Assembly (NCBI GenBank): GCA_021732145.1
Contig: JAKFVN010000005.1
Location: 7,019-71,018, forward strand
Length of the DNA: 64,000 bases
Direction: 5' to 3'
DNA from: Alphaproteobacteria bacterium
Lineage (GTDB): Bacteria > Pseudomonadota > Alphaproteobacteria > UBA9219 > RGZA01
A model generated the notes under the pieces. The model saw only the letters and a program-made list of their open reading frames with translations. It was not told the DNA's origin and did no database searches. Position numbers and translations under genes: made by a program. Each line of letters opens with the position of its first letter. The stretch's first letter is position 1. Of the stretch, positions 11,576-19,994 are shown piece by piece.

Positions 11576-11626
11576 CTGACTACGGATCAGAAGGTTAGAG
11601 ATTCGAATTCTCTCGGGTGCACCATT
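11576..11626 (+). repeat. attR-like duplicate of the tRNA-Arg 3' part
   Basis: Identical to 9943..9993; lacks the 5' acceptor strand and D-arm. Confidence 0.92.
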
Positions 11627-11667
11627 CTTTCAGGCACATCACGCATAATGCTTGGATTGTTGGGGAA

Positions 11668-11750
11668 ATTAAAACCCGCAGCAGTGCCAGAATTTTGCTA
11701 ACACCAACCCTACTGCGGGCAGATCGTTCTGCTTGAACAGGAACGAAGCT
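11668..11750 (-). ncRNA. putative two-hairpin small RNA, copy 1 (ends approximate)
   Basis: 49-bp core 11671..11719 identical in three copies; stem CCCGCAGUAG/CUGCUGCGGG has a G-U pair on the minus strand (a C-A mismatch on plus) and is followed by UUUU; 5' hairpin 11725..11745. Confidence 0.7.
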
Positions 11751-11754
11751 TCAA

Positions 11755-12013
11755 TATATACGCCGATTTGCATAAAAAGTCATCAGGCTAAATTGCCATG
11801 ATTTGCAAATAATTAGCTGGACGATTCATGGCAAGCGCGTAGATTCGGCGGTGCTAACACCACCAACCAATCCAGTGACAGAATTCATTTTTACTCAGAA
11901 TAGTTTGAACGGCGCATTGTCCATTCCGCTTTTGCGGGTTGATGGCTCACGTCTGCGCTAACCTATTCGGGTATGCATGCATCTTTCACTGGTAACAGTG
12001 CCGGGATTCCATG
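11755..12013 (+). promoter_or_regulatory. divergent promoter pair and structured leader, module copy 1
   Basis: TGGACG(11818)-16-TAGATT; boxes TGCTAACACCA 11852..11862 and CAGTGACAGAATT 11873..11885; hairpins 11921..11945 and 11989..12004 before ATG 12011. Confidence 0.65.
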
Positions 12014-13306
12014 ACCCACCATTTTACCTTCGATGACCAAGCGCGGCCGGATGCCGCGCCTGCCAAGCCGCGCAAACTGCAATTATTTTTTTTTGATGCG
12101 GGCGGCGGGCACCGCAGCGCCGCAGAAGCGTTGATTGAAAGCGCAAAGGCGACTTATCCCAACTGGGATATCGAACTGATGAATTTGCAGGAACTGCTGA
12201 AGAAGACCGATCCTGTCTATCAGGTAACGGGATATCAGGCGGAAACGCTTTATAACGCGGCGATCAAGCGCGGCTGGACGTATGGCTCGCGGCCATTCCT
12301 GCGCGCGTTGCAACGCGGCATCCGCATGAATGCAGCGCCAATGAGAAAAGTACTGCGGGAGTATTTCGCGCAGTCAAAACCCGATTTAATCGTGTCGGTG
12401 GTTCCGAATTTCAACAAGGTGATGTTCGATGCACTGCGTGCAGTGCATGCGGATGTACCCTATGTGACCATTATGACGGATATTGCAGATAGCCCGCCGA
12501 ATTTCTGGATGGCAAACCAAGACCAGTACATGATTGTGGGCAGCCACAAGGCATTGTTGCAGGCGCATATGTCCGGCTTCTACAGGCCGGAGCGGATTTT
12601 TGAAACATCCGGCATGATTTTGCGGCCCGCGTTTTATAAAGATGTGTCGGATGCACCGTTGACGCATGAAACGATTGGCCTAGATCCCAATAAAAAGACA
12701 GCACTGATTATGTTTGGCGGCAATGGCGCGGTGGTTTCAAAAGAAATCGCGTTGAAGCTGCAAGCGCAGGGCATTCAAAGCATCGTGCTGTGCGGCCATA
12801 ACAAGGCATTGCTGGCGGATATGCAGGGCATTGAAGGGTGCCACGCGATTGGCTTTACCCAAAAGGTTGCCGATTACATGTGCCTCGCGAACTTCTTTGT
12901 TGGTAAGCCCGGCCCCGGCAGCATGACCGAAGCGTTGCATCTGGGGCTGCCGGTGATTATCGAAAACAATTCCCGCACGATGATACAGGAACGCTACAAC
13001 ATCATCTGGGCGGAAGAAAACAGGCTGGGCGTTTCCATCAAAAACTTTGCCCATATCGGCCGCGCCGCCACATTCTTGTTAAACAGCGGGCGGCTTGACC
13101 AACATATATCCAACGCCAACCGCCTGAATAACCGCGCGGTCTACGAAATTCCAAACATGCTGGAAAGCATTATGAATGCAAACCCCGTTTCGCGAGATAC
13201 ACAGCCGATTGTGCTGCCGGAACGCATGGCCGTGCGCGCAGGTGCGCGGCTTCGCGCCATGCTTCGAAGCAGGCCACATCATCAACCCCGAACCCCTTTT
13301 ATATAG
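12011..13306 (+). CDS. MGDG-synthase/UgtP-like diacylglycerol glycosyltransferase (GT28-like)
   Basis: GGGHRSAAEAL, PDLIVSVVP, TIMTD, VLCGHN, GKPGPGSMTEAL, QERYN motifs. Confidence 0.85.
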   Translation: MTHHFTFDDQARPDAAPAKPRKLQLFFFDAGGGHRSAAEALIESAKATYPNWDIELMNLQELLKKTDPVYQVTGYQAETLYNAAIKRGWTYGSRPFLRALQRGIRMNAAPMRKVLREYFAQSKPDLIVSVVPNFNKVMFDALRAVHADVPYVTIMTDIADSPPNFWMANQDQYMIVGSHKALLQAHMSGFYRPERIFETSGMILRPAFYKDVSDAPLTHETIGLDPNKKTALIMFGGNGAVVSKEIALKLQAQGIQSIVLCGHNKALLADMQGIEGCHAIGFTQKVADYMCLANFFVGKPGPGSMTEALHLGLPVIIENNSRTMIQERYNIIWAEENRLGVSIKNFAHIGRAATFLLNSGRLDQHISNANRLNNRAVYEIPNMLESIMNANPVSRDTQPIVLPERMAVRAGARLRAMLRSRPHHQPRTPFI

Positions 13307-13323
13307 AAACGAATATTCAAGAC

Positions 13324-14580
13324 ATGACTGATACGACGCCTTTACTGCTGACCGATGGTGAACTGGATGCCTTGCACCGCAGATTGGAACCATTTGCCGG
13401 TGCCGATATGCCGGATACCGATTTACCCATTCACGAATTCCGCACCGCGTTTATGTCGGATTTGCATTTGGGGCGGCCCGATAGCAAGACCGATAAACAA
13501 TCCATTTTTTTAGACCGTGCGCGGCTTTCCAACAAAATCATCATCAATGGTGACTTCATTGATTACTGGTTGTTCCGCGCATCACGCCCGCAGCATCTGG
13601 GCCGCATTTTCAAAGATGATACGCATATGCGCACTGCTGTGAAATTTTTAAAGCTGGCGGCGCATGTGGGTTTTCGCCTGGTAAAGTGGGAAGTGTTCAA
13701 GCCATCGGGCGATGAAACCATGCGCTGGGAACAATCGCATAATATCCCGCTGCAAAAACTGCTGCGCATATTGCGCAAAGTGCCGGGCATTTTCGTGCCC
13801 GGAAACCATGATGAAATCTTCCGCGGCTTTACCAATGAATTGCATTTAATGGGCGGGGATGTCGCCGCATTGGCTACAGCGAAAAACGGTGCGCCAATTG
13901 ACTCCAAATTGCGCAATGCGTATTTCAAAAGCCCGTCGCTGGGCAATATGGATGTGCTGGAAGAATTCGTGTATGAAACCATGTCGGGCGAGCATATGCA
14001 TGTGTGCCACGGCGATAAATTCGATAATCCCATGAAAAAATCCAGCGCGCTGGGCATGATGGCAACCTGCGTTTATCACAACGGCATTGCGCCGCTGGTG
14101 CGCAATCTCGGCTTTCCTGAAACGGCATCATCCATGACTGATTATGTGAACAGCATGGATGGCAAAAAGGACATGACGAAGTATTACGATCGCTACGCTG
14201 AATTTCTGGGTAATCAAAATGCAGCTATTGTGGAGCATAACCGTGCGCATCCTGACCAAAAGCCGCGCCCATTACTGCGCGGCGGCATTCATGGCCATAT
14301 TCATAATCCCGGTATTTTTCACCATCGCGGCTATGTATTTATCGATAGCGGCGATTGGGTGGATGATGCGCATTGCACCGCTGCCGTCGAGCATCGCGAT
14401 GGGTCATGGCAGATTATGACGGTCAATCGGGAGAAGGGGATACATCCGCATCCTGTTACGCCGGAACGCGTGCAGCTATTCCAAAACCGCAGCGCATTAT
14501 CGCCCATTCCCAAACAACGTCCGCCGCGTCCCGATGTGGGGTGGATGACGCCCGGTGCAACGATGGAGGCACGGCTATGA
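13324..14580 (+). CDS. metallophosphoesterase, PlcP/LpxH-like
   Basis: FMSDLHLG, GDFIDYW, VPGNHDE, HGDKFD, GHIH, SGDWVD...CTAAVEHRDG. Confidence 0.85.
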   Translation: MTDTTPLLLTDGELDALHRRLEPFAGADMPDTDLPIHEFRTAFMSDLHLGRPDSKTDKQSIFLDRARLSNKIIINGDFIDYWLFRASRPQHLGRIFKDDTHMRTAVKFLKLAAHVGFRLVKWEVFKPSGDETMRWEQSHNIPLQKLLRILRKVPGIFVPGNHDEIFRGFTNELHLMGGDVAALATAKNGAPIDSKLRNAYFKSPSLGNMDVLEEFVYETMSGEHMHVCHGDKFDNPMKKSSALGMMATCVYHNGIAPLVRNLGFPETASSMTDYVNSMDGKKDMTKYYDRYAEFLGNQNAAIVEHNRAHPDQKPRPLLRGGIHGHIHNPGIFHHRGYVFIDSGDWVDDAHCTAAVEHRDGSWQIMTVNREKGIHPHPVTPERVQLFQNRSALSPIPKQRPPRPDVGWMTPGATMEARL

Positions 14581-15428
14581 ACCATAAGAAATCACTTATC
14601 CTGCTTTTGGATATTGATGGCACATTGGTTGATACCGATGCGCATTTAAGCCATGCGATGACCGCGCAATTTGGAAAATACGGCTTGGCATTCGAACCGC
14701 ATGAATTTTTTGAGCCCAAGGCATTCACGATGCCCAATAAAGACGGGGTGATGGAGGTTAAAACCACCATGCTGTTCGGTGCATCATGGGAAATCAATTA
14801 TTATTATCTGAAATCAGAAATTCCCGATGTACCGGTGGATGTGCAAACCTTCCGCAAGGAAATCGTGGAACGCGTGACCAGCAACCATGATGGCGTGATG
14901 CCGCGCCGCGATGTTATTGAAGCCGTATTGGAATTGCGCGCGCATTGCGAAGCGAATGACATAGGTTTTGCTGCTGTTGCCGTTACCAATGGCGCAGGCA
15001 GCGAAGCCAACGCAAATCTGAAAATCGTGAAAGCCGCAGGATTAGTGGTGGATGGGCTGGTTAATGCCGATGATGTGGAAATTCCATATCGCAAGCCGCA
15101 CCCCAAGCCGTATCAGATGGGATATAACATTGCCCGCGCTGTATTGCGCCACAAAGGATATGATGCAGAAGGTGCATGCATTGTTGCGATGGAAGATAGC
15201 CCGCCGGGCGCGCGCAGCGCATTGGCGGCCGGCGAAATATATGACGGCGTGTGTTATTATATTCCCACAACCAAACGCAAAATGCTGATGCCGGAAATGA
15301 CCGATGCGCAATTGGAGCGTTTTGTAGTGCAGCAGGATATATCAGCGCTTGGCATGCATATTAAAACGCAATTGCATGGCAGAGGGGAGCGCGCAGCAAT
15401 GCAATTTGAGAAGCGTGCAGCGTTATAA
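14577..15428 (+). CDS. HAD-superfamily phosphatase
   Basis: LLDIDGTLVDTD, VTNG, KPHPKPY, MEDSPPGARSALAAG; ATGA overlap with the upstream stop sets the start. Confidence 0.87.
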   Translation: MNHKKSLILLLDIDGTLVDTDAHLSHAMTAQFGKYGLAFEPHEFFEPKAFTMPNKDGVMEVKTTMLFGASWEINYYYLKSEIPDVPVDVQTFRKEIVERVTSNHDGVMPRRDVIEAVLELRAHCEANDIGFAAVAVTNGAGSEANANLKIVKAAGLVVDGLVNADDVEIPYRKPHPKPYQMGYNIARAVLRHKGYDAEGACIVAMEDSPPGARSALAAGEIYDGVCYYIPTTKRKMLMPEMTDAQLERFVVQQDISALGMHIKTQLHGRGERAAMQFEKRAAL

Positions 15429-15444
15429 ATTTTATGTGGGGGAA

Positions 15445-15525
15445 TTTAAAACCCGCAGCAGTGCCAGAATTTTGCTAACACCAACCCTACTGCGGGCAGA
15501 CATTCTCGCTAAACAAGAATGAAGC
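15445..15525 (-). ncRNA. putative two-hairpin small RNA, copy 2 (ends approximate)
   Basis: Invariant core 15448..15496; 5' hairpin CATTCT/AGAATG 15501..15521 covaries with CGTTC/GAACG of copies 1 and 3. Confidence 0.7.
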
Positions 15526-15529
15526 AATT

Positions 15530-15813
15530 AGATATAAGATGATTTGCATAAAAAGTCGATGAGGTAAATTGATACGAAAGTAAAATTATTCGCTGGACGA
15601 TTCAGTCAAATAATATAAATTTCATGTTGCTAACACCAACAACAACCAGTGACGGAATACCCTACTCAATTTGAAAATTATGGCATGGCAGGTTTACCCG
15701 CTTTAGCGGGGTGATTTGCATCGGCATTTTTAACAACAGAACGCGCAGGAATTGCGTTTTCTGCATGTGTGGGCGCGTGTTTTTGAACTGGCAACATTGC
15801 CGGAATACGAATG
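15530..15813 (+). promoter_or_regulatory. divergent promoter pair and structured leader, module copy 2
   Basis: TGGACG(15594)-16-TAAATT; boxes TTGCTAACACCAAC 15627..15640 and CAGTGACGGAAT 15647..15658; hairpins 15688..15719 and 15788..15803. Confidence 0.65.
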
Positions 15814-16776
15814 TCCCCTGATGCGAATTTACGGGAACGTGCGGAGCTTTGCCCAGAACCCAGCAGAGCATTGCCATTAGATGGGCAAGCTGCGCGTCGT
15901 CCACATGAAGTGATTTATACGCCAGCGCTCGCTGAAGCTATTCCTGATCCTCAATTGCAACGTATACCTCCGGGGCATGGGCTGGTGATGGTTGGCGAGA
16001 AGAAGCGCGCAATTGTTTTTCGTGACCATAGCAGCCGTGAAAACGTTCGCCGCACGCGCCAGACCTTGGCGCTGTGCGAACGTTATCATTATGATGTGTT
16101 GGTTGTTGACCCAGCGCGCGGGCAGCATGACGTGTTGCTGGATAAACGCGCGCAGGAATTTCTGCGCATAGACCGCGATTTACCGCTGATTACGCTGCAA
16201 ACTCCGCAATTAAGCAGGGAGCAGATGCTGAGCTGGCTGTTCAGTGCCAATACCAATATGGTACTGGAAGTTGCCAAGGACGGCCTGCGTATTCTGGCGG
16301 ATAGCCATGTGGATGCGCCATACGCGCAGAAAAAACTAAACCGCAATACGGATGTGATTGGCGTGAGCACGCATGAACGTTTGACGGATGATACCAAACA
16401 TCATGCACTCACATCATCTTACTTGATTATCGCAATTGATGAAACGCATGCGCAGCAACTTATCCGCAGTTATGGCACGGCGCATGCGGTGGTACATGGC
16501 GGGCATTCGCATGATTGTCAGCAAATTTCCGAAATGGCAGCGCGCACAGATAAAAAAGTTGCCGTATTCCACCCCGACCCGCCGCAACGTTTACAGCATG
16601 CAGGAAAAATAAGCTTATCGCGCCTTCGCGCCGATAACGCCGTGGTGATTACCACCACGCCGGACATGATCCGCGCATTGAAAGATCTTTCCAGGCCAAC
16701 GGGAGGCGCGCCGTTTTTTGCGCAGCGTCCCGGAACGCGTAACGGAGGAATGGTTCACGCCCCGCAAGTTTTATAA
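15811..16776 (+). CDS. hypothetical protein, remote thiamine-phosphate synthase (ThiE/TenI)-like
   Basis: IVFRDH...LALCERYHYDVLVVD and VIGVSTH resemble ThiE segments; otherwise highly divergent. Confidence 0.5.
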   Translation: MSPDANLRERAELCPEPSRALPLDGQAARRPHEVIYTPALAEAIPDPQLQRIPPGHGLVMVGEKKRAIVFRDHSSRENVRRTRQTLALCERYHYDVLVVDPARGQHDVLLDKRAQEFLRIDRDLPLITLQTPQLSREQMLSWLFSANTNMVLEVAKDGLRILADSHVDAPYAQKKLNRNTDVIGVSTHERLTDDTKHHALTSSYLIIAIDETHAQQLIRSYGTAHAVVHGGHSHDCQQISEMAARTDKKVAVFHPDPPQRLQHAGKISLSRLRADNAVVITTTPDMIRALKDLSRPTGGAPFFAQRPGTRNGGMVHAPQVL

Positions 16777-16805
16777 GGGCGTTTTTTGTTAAGTGAGGTT
16801 TGCTG

Positions 16806-19800
16806 ATGAGTAAAACCGACCCGTTGCACATTGCAGACGCCGCGCGTGATGTTGCGCAGCGTAAAAAAGACAAATCATTCAATTTGTTTTCGCCGGATTA
16901 TTGTTTGCAATTGCTGGGGCTGGATGGCGCGGTGAAGCCATTACCCAAAAACGAGCCGGTTATTCTAAGCGATGGCGCTATTGACCCGCGCACGGGCGGG
17001 GGCGTTGTCTTAAAAACAATGCTTAAGCTCGATGAACATAAGCGCCTGCGCAGCCTTGAGGCATTATATATGTCATTGCAGCCCAATGGGCGGTATGTGG
17101 TCAGCAAATTGGCAGAATTATCGTTCCGTGCTTATCCCAGCTATCTCGTATTACAGCAAGCCAGCATTCTTGGGCGCGGCATTAATCCGGATCATACCGA
17201 CCGCGTGCTGCGTTTATTTGGCGCGTTGCAACGCATGCATACCGATATTCGCAATATGAATTTTCCGGATGTTGGAAAAATCATGGATGAGTTCCAGATT
17301 TCCGCATTGATTGGTGAGCGGTTGCATCTGCCCGGCATGTCCGCCAAAGGCGGATTTGATTTTCAGGCACCGATTGATTTACCGGTTAGCGCGGGCGCAC
17401 CGCTATTGCCACGCGATTTCCTTCCCGAGCTGCTGGGCCTTGGCCGCAATGATTTGGAGCCGATGTATGATTTTGGCGATGGCCGTGCCAAGACAGAAAT
17501 CGATAGGCAACATGGCGCTATCCATAATTTCAAGGCCAATCTGGTGGCCGATGCCACGCAAGGATCGTTGATTGCGGTAACCACGCCGCATAATGCACGG
17601 CATGGCAGTGCGATTACCGATTTGATCAAGGTAGGCTGGCGGTTGAAGGGCGATCATGCATTACTCGACCAGTTTGTATTGCTCGGCGAAGAAAGCCGCA
17701 GCCTGCCAGCCGCGCAATTGCAAAAGCGCATCGGCATTGTGAACAAGGCGATGAAGAATTTGCGCATGCGCCGTTACCCGCATGTGCTGGATTACATCGC
17801 GGAATATGACCAGCGCGATTTGGTGGATAAGCGCGCGCTGACGGGCATGGTTGATGAGCACAAGCAAATGATTGTCGTGCCCTTTGGCGGGCATAATGAC
17901 CGCGAATATCTGCCGGGCTTTGGCGCGACGATTGGCGGCAATTGCAAAGGTATTTTTACCTATTGGCGCGATGCGAATGGGCAGGTGCAGCGCAAGGGCG
18001 TTATCATCGATATGGGAATTATTTTTAGTAAGAACCATGCGGTGCAAGCGAGCGAGCAAGGCAATTGGGATTACGTGGTTCCCGATATTGTGAATTACCT
18101 CAACGATATCGACCATTTTTTTGCCACGCATTTACACGCTGACCATCTGGATGGATATATCGATTACATTGCGCGCGGCTTGATGCAGGGAAAGCATCTC
18201 CACGCCACTGCCTTCGTATGCCGCGTGCTGGAACAAAAGCTGAAGAAACGCAAAGTACCGCAGGAACGCTGGCCGCACATGCACACGCTGAAAGGCAAGG
18301 GCTTTGTGCATATTGCGGCGGGCGATGAGCGCGTGATGTCGGTTTATTATGCGGCCGACAGCATTCCGCACAGCACCGATAACACGCCGTATCTCGTACT
18401 GCCCGCGCCATATCGCTGCGATACCAAAGGTGTGCCAAAAGAGAAAGCTGTCACCGTCAATCCGCATTACTGGGTTTATGGCAATATGGGCGATACCAGT
18501 TTCGGGCGTTATAATTTGCCGGATTACGAAGGTGAGAAACCGCCCGATACCGGTTTCTCGCAAGATTTGCTGCGCATCTTTAAAAAAAATCTGGGCGGCG
18601 AATACAATGGCATTGCCAAAGCATCGCAAGCTGCGTTTGGCAAAGTGCATTTCATGGAGTGCGATCCCACATCCATTCACCGTGACGGCTTTGCGCCCGA
18701 TGTAGTGGATGTGGAGCAAAACCTTTGCTGTCTCAATGAATGGTTTTCGGATAAGGGGCTTATCCTGTTGGGTTTAAGTACAGCAAAGCGTCAGGATGAA
18801 ATGTGCCTGCGCTTTGCCAATCATTCGCAGCGCGATGTATCGGTATTTGGTGCGTATAAGGAAGACCGCTTCACTGATATGAGCGTGATGGGCGTGAACA
18901 CCAATGTGCTGGCGCGTAATCCGGCTGGAAAAAATGTGCAGGCGTATCTGGATTGGCATGGCGGCAGCAAAGGCGTGGTGCCCGTTAAATATTTCCGCCG
19001 CACCGCAAAGGAATGGCATGGCATTGTGGATGCGGATGTTAGCCGCGTGCTCATCCTTGGCACCGGCAGTCAGGGTACCGATATTGAAAAGGATGCGTTT
19101 GGCACGCAACTTGCGGAATTCCGCTCGCTTTTGCAAATGGATCCCAAATATCGCCCAACCGCGTTTGGCAAGGATTTGCGGAATTTCTTGGTTGTATATG
19201 CGCAGGGCGCCATTCCTGGGAATGAAGAAACGCAATATGCGCAAATTAAGAAAACTGCGATTGAGCTGGATATCACCGTTGCTGTTTCCGTGCATGAAGG
19301 CGCGCGGTTTTATAATGTAAAGGAATCGTATCTCTCGCGCATTGTTCAGGATTTGGAACGGCGCGGCGAACGCTTCACGCGCGAACCCAATAACGGCTTG
19401 TTCATTCAAAAATTTGCGCTCTACCCGCCGGGTCATGGCTGGAAGGAAGATTACCGCCAGGGCGTATTCCCGTGGATGAAGAAAAATGGCGTGGGCATGA
19501 TTTCCGCGCAGCATTTCGGCAAATTGGAATCCCCGCGCATCACGCATGAATTAGCGCGCGAGGCGGGCTTGCGTCACCCCAATGAAGCGATTTCAAACCA
19601 CACCGCCTTTTCAATGCGTGATGGCGGAAAACGCCTCGAAATTATCGGGCAGTTGCCGCCATCCTTTATTTTGGCGCGGCAAAACCGCCGCGCCGATAAA
19701 TATCATGGGGGCACGGCAGAATATAAGCGCGTGGTGGTCGCAGCGGGGCAGGTGGGTGCATCGCTTGGCGGGCTATTTGCCAACACCAACACGGTCTATA

Positions 19801-19994
19801 CGCAGGATTTCGGGAATGAAGATTACGACCGCGTGCTGTCGGAGGCGCAATGGCTGCCCGCCAAGCGCACGCGCCGCGATATTCATGCGGCACTCACCGA
19901 ATTGCCGCCGGAACTCGCCGCACGGCGCAATTTGCCAACGGCGGGCATGCGCACGCCCGCGCTTCCGCAGCATGATCATCTGGAGTTTGCCTGA
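16806..19994 (+). CDS. large RNase J-like metallo-beta-lactamase/beta-CASP nuclease with ~350-aa N-terminal extension
   Basis: PFGG...IGGNC, IIDMG, VVPDI, THLHADHLDG, PHST, MGD, CDPTS, TGSQG, AIPGNE, PGHG in RNase J order; GAGGT SD before ATG 16806. Confidence 0.85.
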   Translation: MSKTDPLHIADAARDVAQRKKDKSFNLFSPDYCLQLLGLDGAVKPLPKNEPVILSDGAIDPRTGGGVVLKTMLKLDEHKRLRSLEALYMSLQPNGRYVVSKLAELSFRAYPSYLVLQQASILGRGINPDHTDRVLRLFGALQRMHTDIRNMNFPDVGKIMDEFQISALIGERLHLPGMSAKGGFDFQAPIDLPVSAGAPLLPRDFLPELLGLGRNDLEPMYDFGDGRAKTEIDRQHGAIHNFKANLVADATQGSLIAVTTPHNARHGSAITDLIKVGWRLKGDHALLDQFVLLGEESRSLPAAQLQKRIGIVNKAMKNLRMRRYPHVLDYIAEYDQRDLVDKRALTGMVDEHKQMIVVPFGGHNDREYLPGFGATIGGNCKGIFTYWRDANGQVQRKGVIIDMGIIFSKNHAVQASEQGNWDYVVPDIVNYLNDIDHFFATHLHADHLDGYIDYIARGLMQGKHLHATAFVCRVLEQKLKKRKVPQERWPHMHTLKGKGFVHIAAGDERVMSVYYAADSIPHSTDNTPYLVLPAPYRCDTKGVPKEKAVTVNPHYWVYGNMGDTSFGRYNLPDYEGEKPPDTGFSQDLLRIFKKNLGGEYNGIAKASQAAFGKVHFMECDPTSIHRDGFAPDVVDVEQNLCCLNEWFSDKGLILLGLSTAKRQDEMCLRFANHSQRDVSVFGAYKEDRFTDMSVMGVNTNVLARNPAGKNVQAYLDWHGGSKGVVPVKYFRRTAKEWHGIVDADVSRVLILGTGSQGTDIEKDAFGTQLAEFRSLLQMDPKYRPTAFGKDLRNFLVVYAQGAIPGNEETQYAQIKKTAIELDITVAVSVHEGARFYNVKESYLSRIVQDLERRGERFTREPNNGLFIQKFALYPPGHGWKEDYRQGVFPWMKKNGVGMISAQHFGKLESPRITHELAREAGLRHPNEAISNHTAFSMRDGGKRLEIIGQLPPSFILARQNRRADKYHGGTAEYKRVVVAAGQVGASLGGLFANTNTVYTQDFGNEDYDRVLSEAQWLPAKRTRRDIHAALTELPPELAARRNLPTAGMRTPALPQHDHLEFA

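Larger units (their letters stand above)
9943..11626. mobile_element. 1.6-kb tRNA-Arg-integrated genomic islet without integrase
   Basis: 51-bp direct repeat (9943..9993 = 11576..11626) of the tRNA 3' part; the interior is visibly AT-rich compared with the flanks. Confidence 0.85.

Noticed and set aside
11576-11626. A second tRNA-Arg gene
   Set aside because: Only the 3' 51 bp are present, without the 5' acceptor strand or D-arm; it is an att duplicate
11671-11719. The core hairpin as merely a plus-strand terminator of the upstream gene
   Set aside because: The U-tract and the G-U pair both fit the minus strand, and an invariant ~25-nt loop matching downstream boxes is not needed for termination; a secondary bidirectional role is not excluded
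11790-11817. A Pho box upstream of the module promoters
   Set aside because: Only a vague resemblance in copy 1 (TTGCCAT); copies 2 and 3 do not show the CTGTCAT direct repeat
11668-12013. The module as a bridge RNA or TIGR-type DNA-targeting guide, or as IS ends
   Set aside because: There is no IS110 recombinase, Nop-domain protein or transposase in the window, both guide halves match the same strand, and no terminal inverted repeats or target duplications were seen
14373-14576. Long N-terminal extensions given by the ORF track for the HAD (14373), ATP-grasp (26946), rpsB (45150), ssb (40639) and rplU (5094) genes
   Set aside because: They overlap upstream genes or leaders; downstream ATGs match the family N-termini or stop/start overlaps
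13324-14580. Naming this gene lpxH
   Set aside because: lpxI is present in the lipid A cluster, and the motifs and context fit PlcP-like enzymes better
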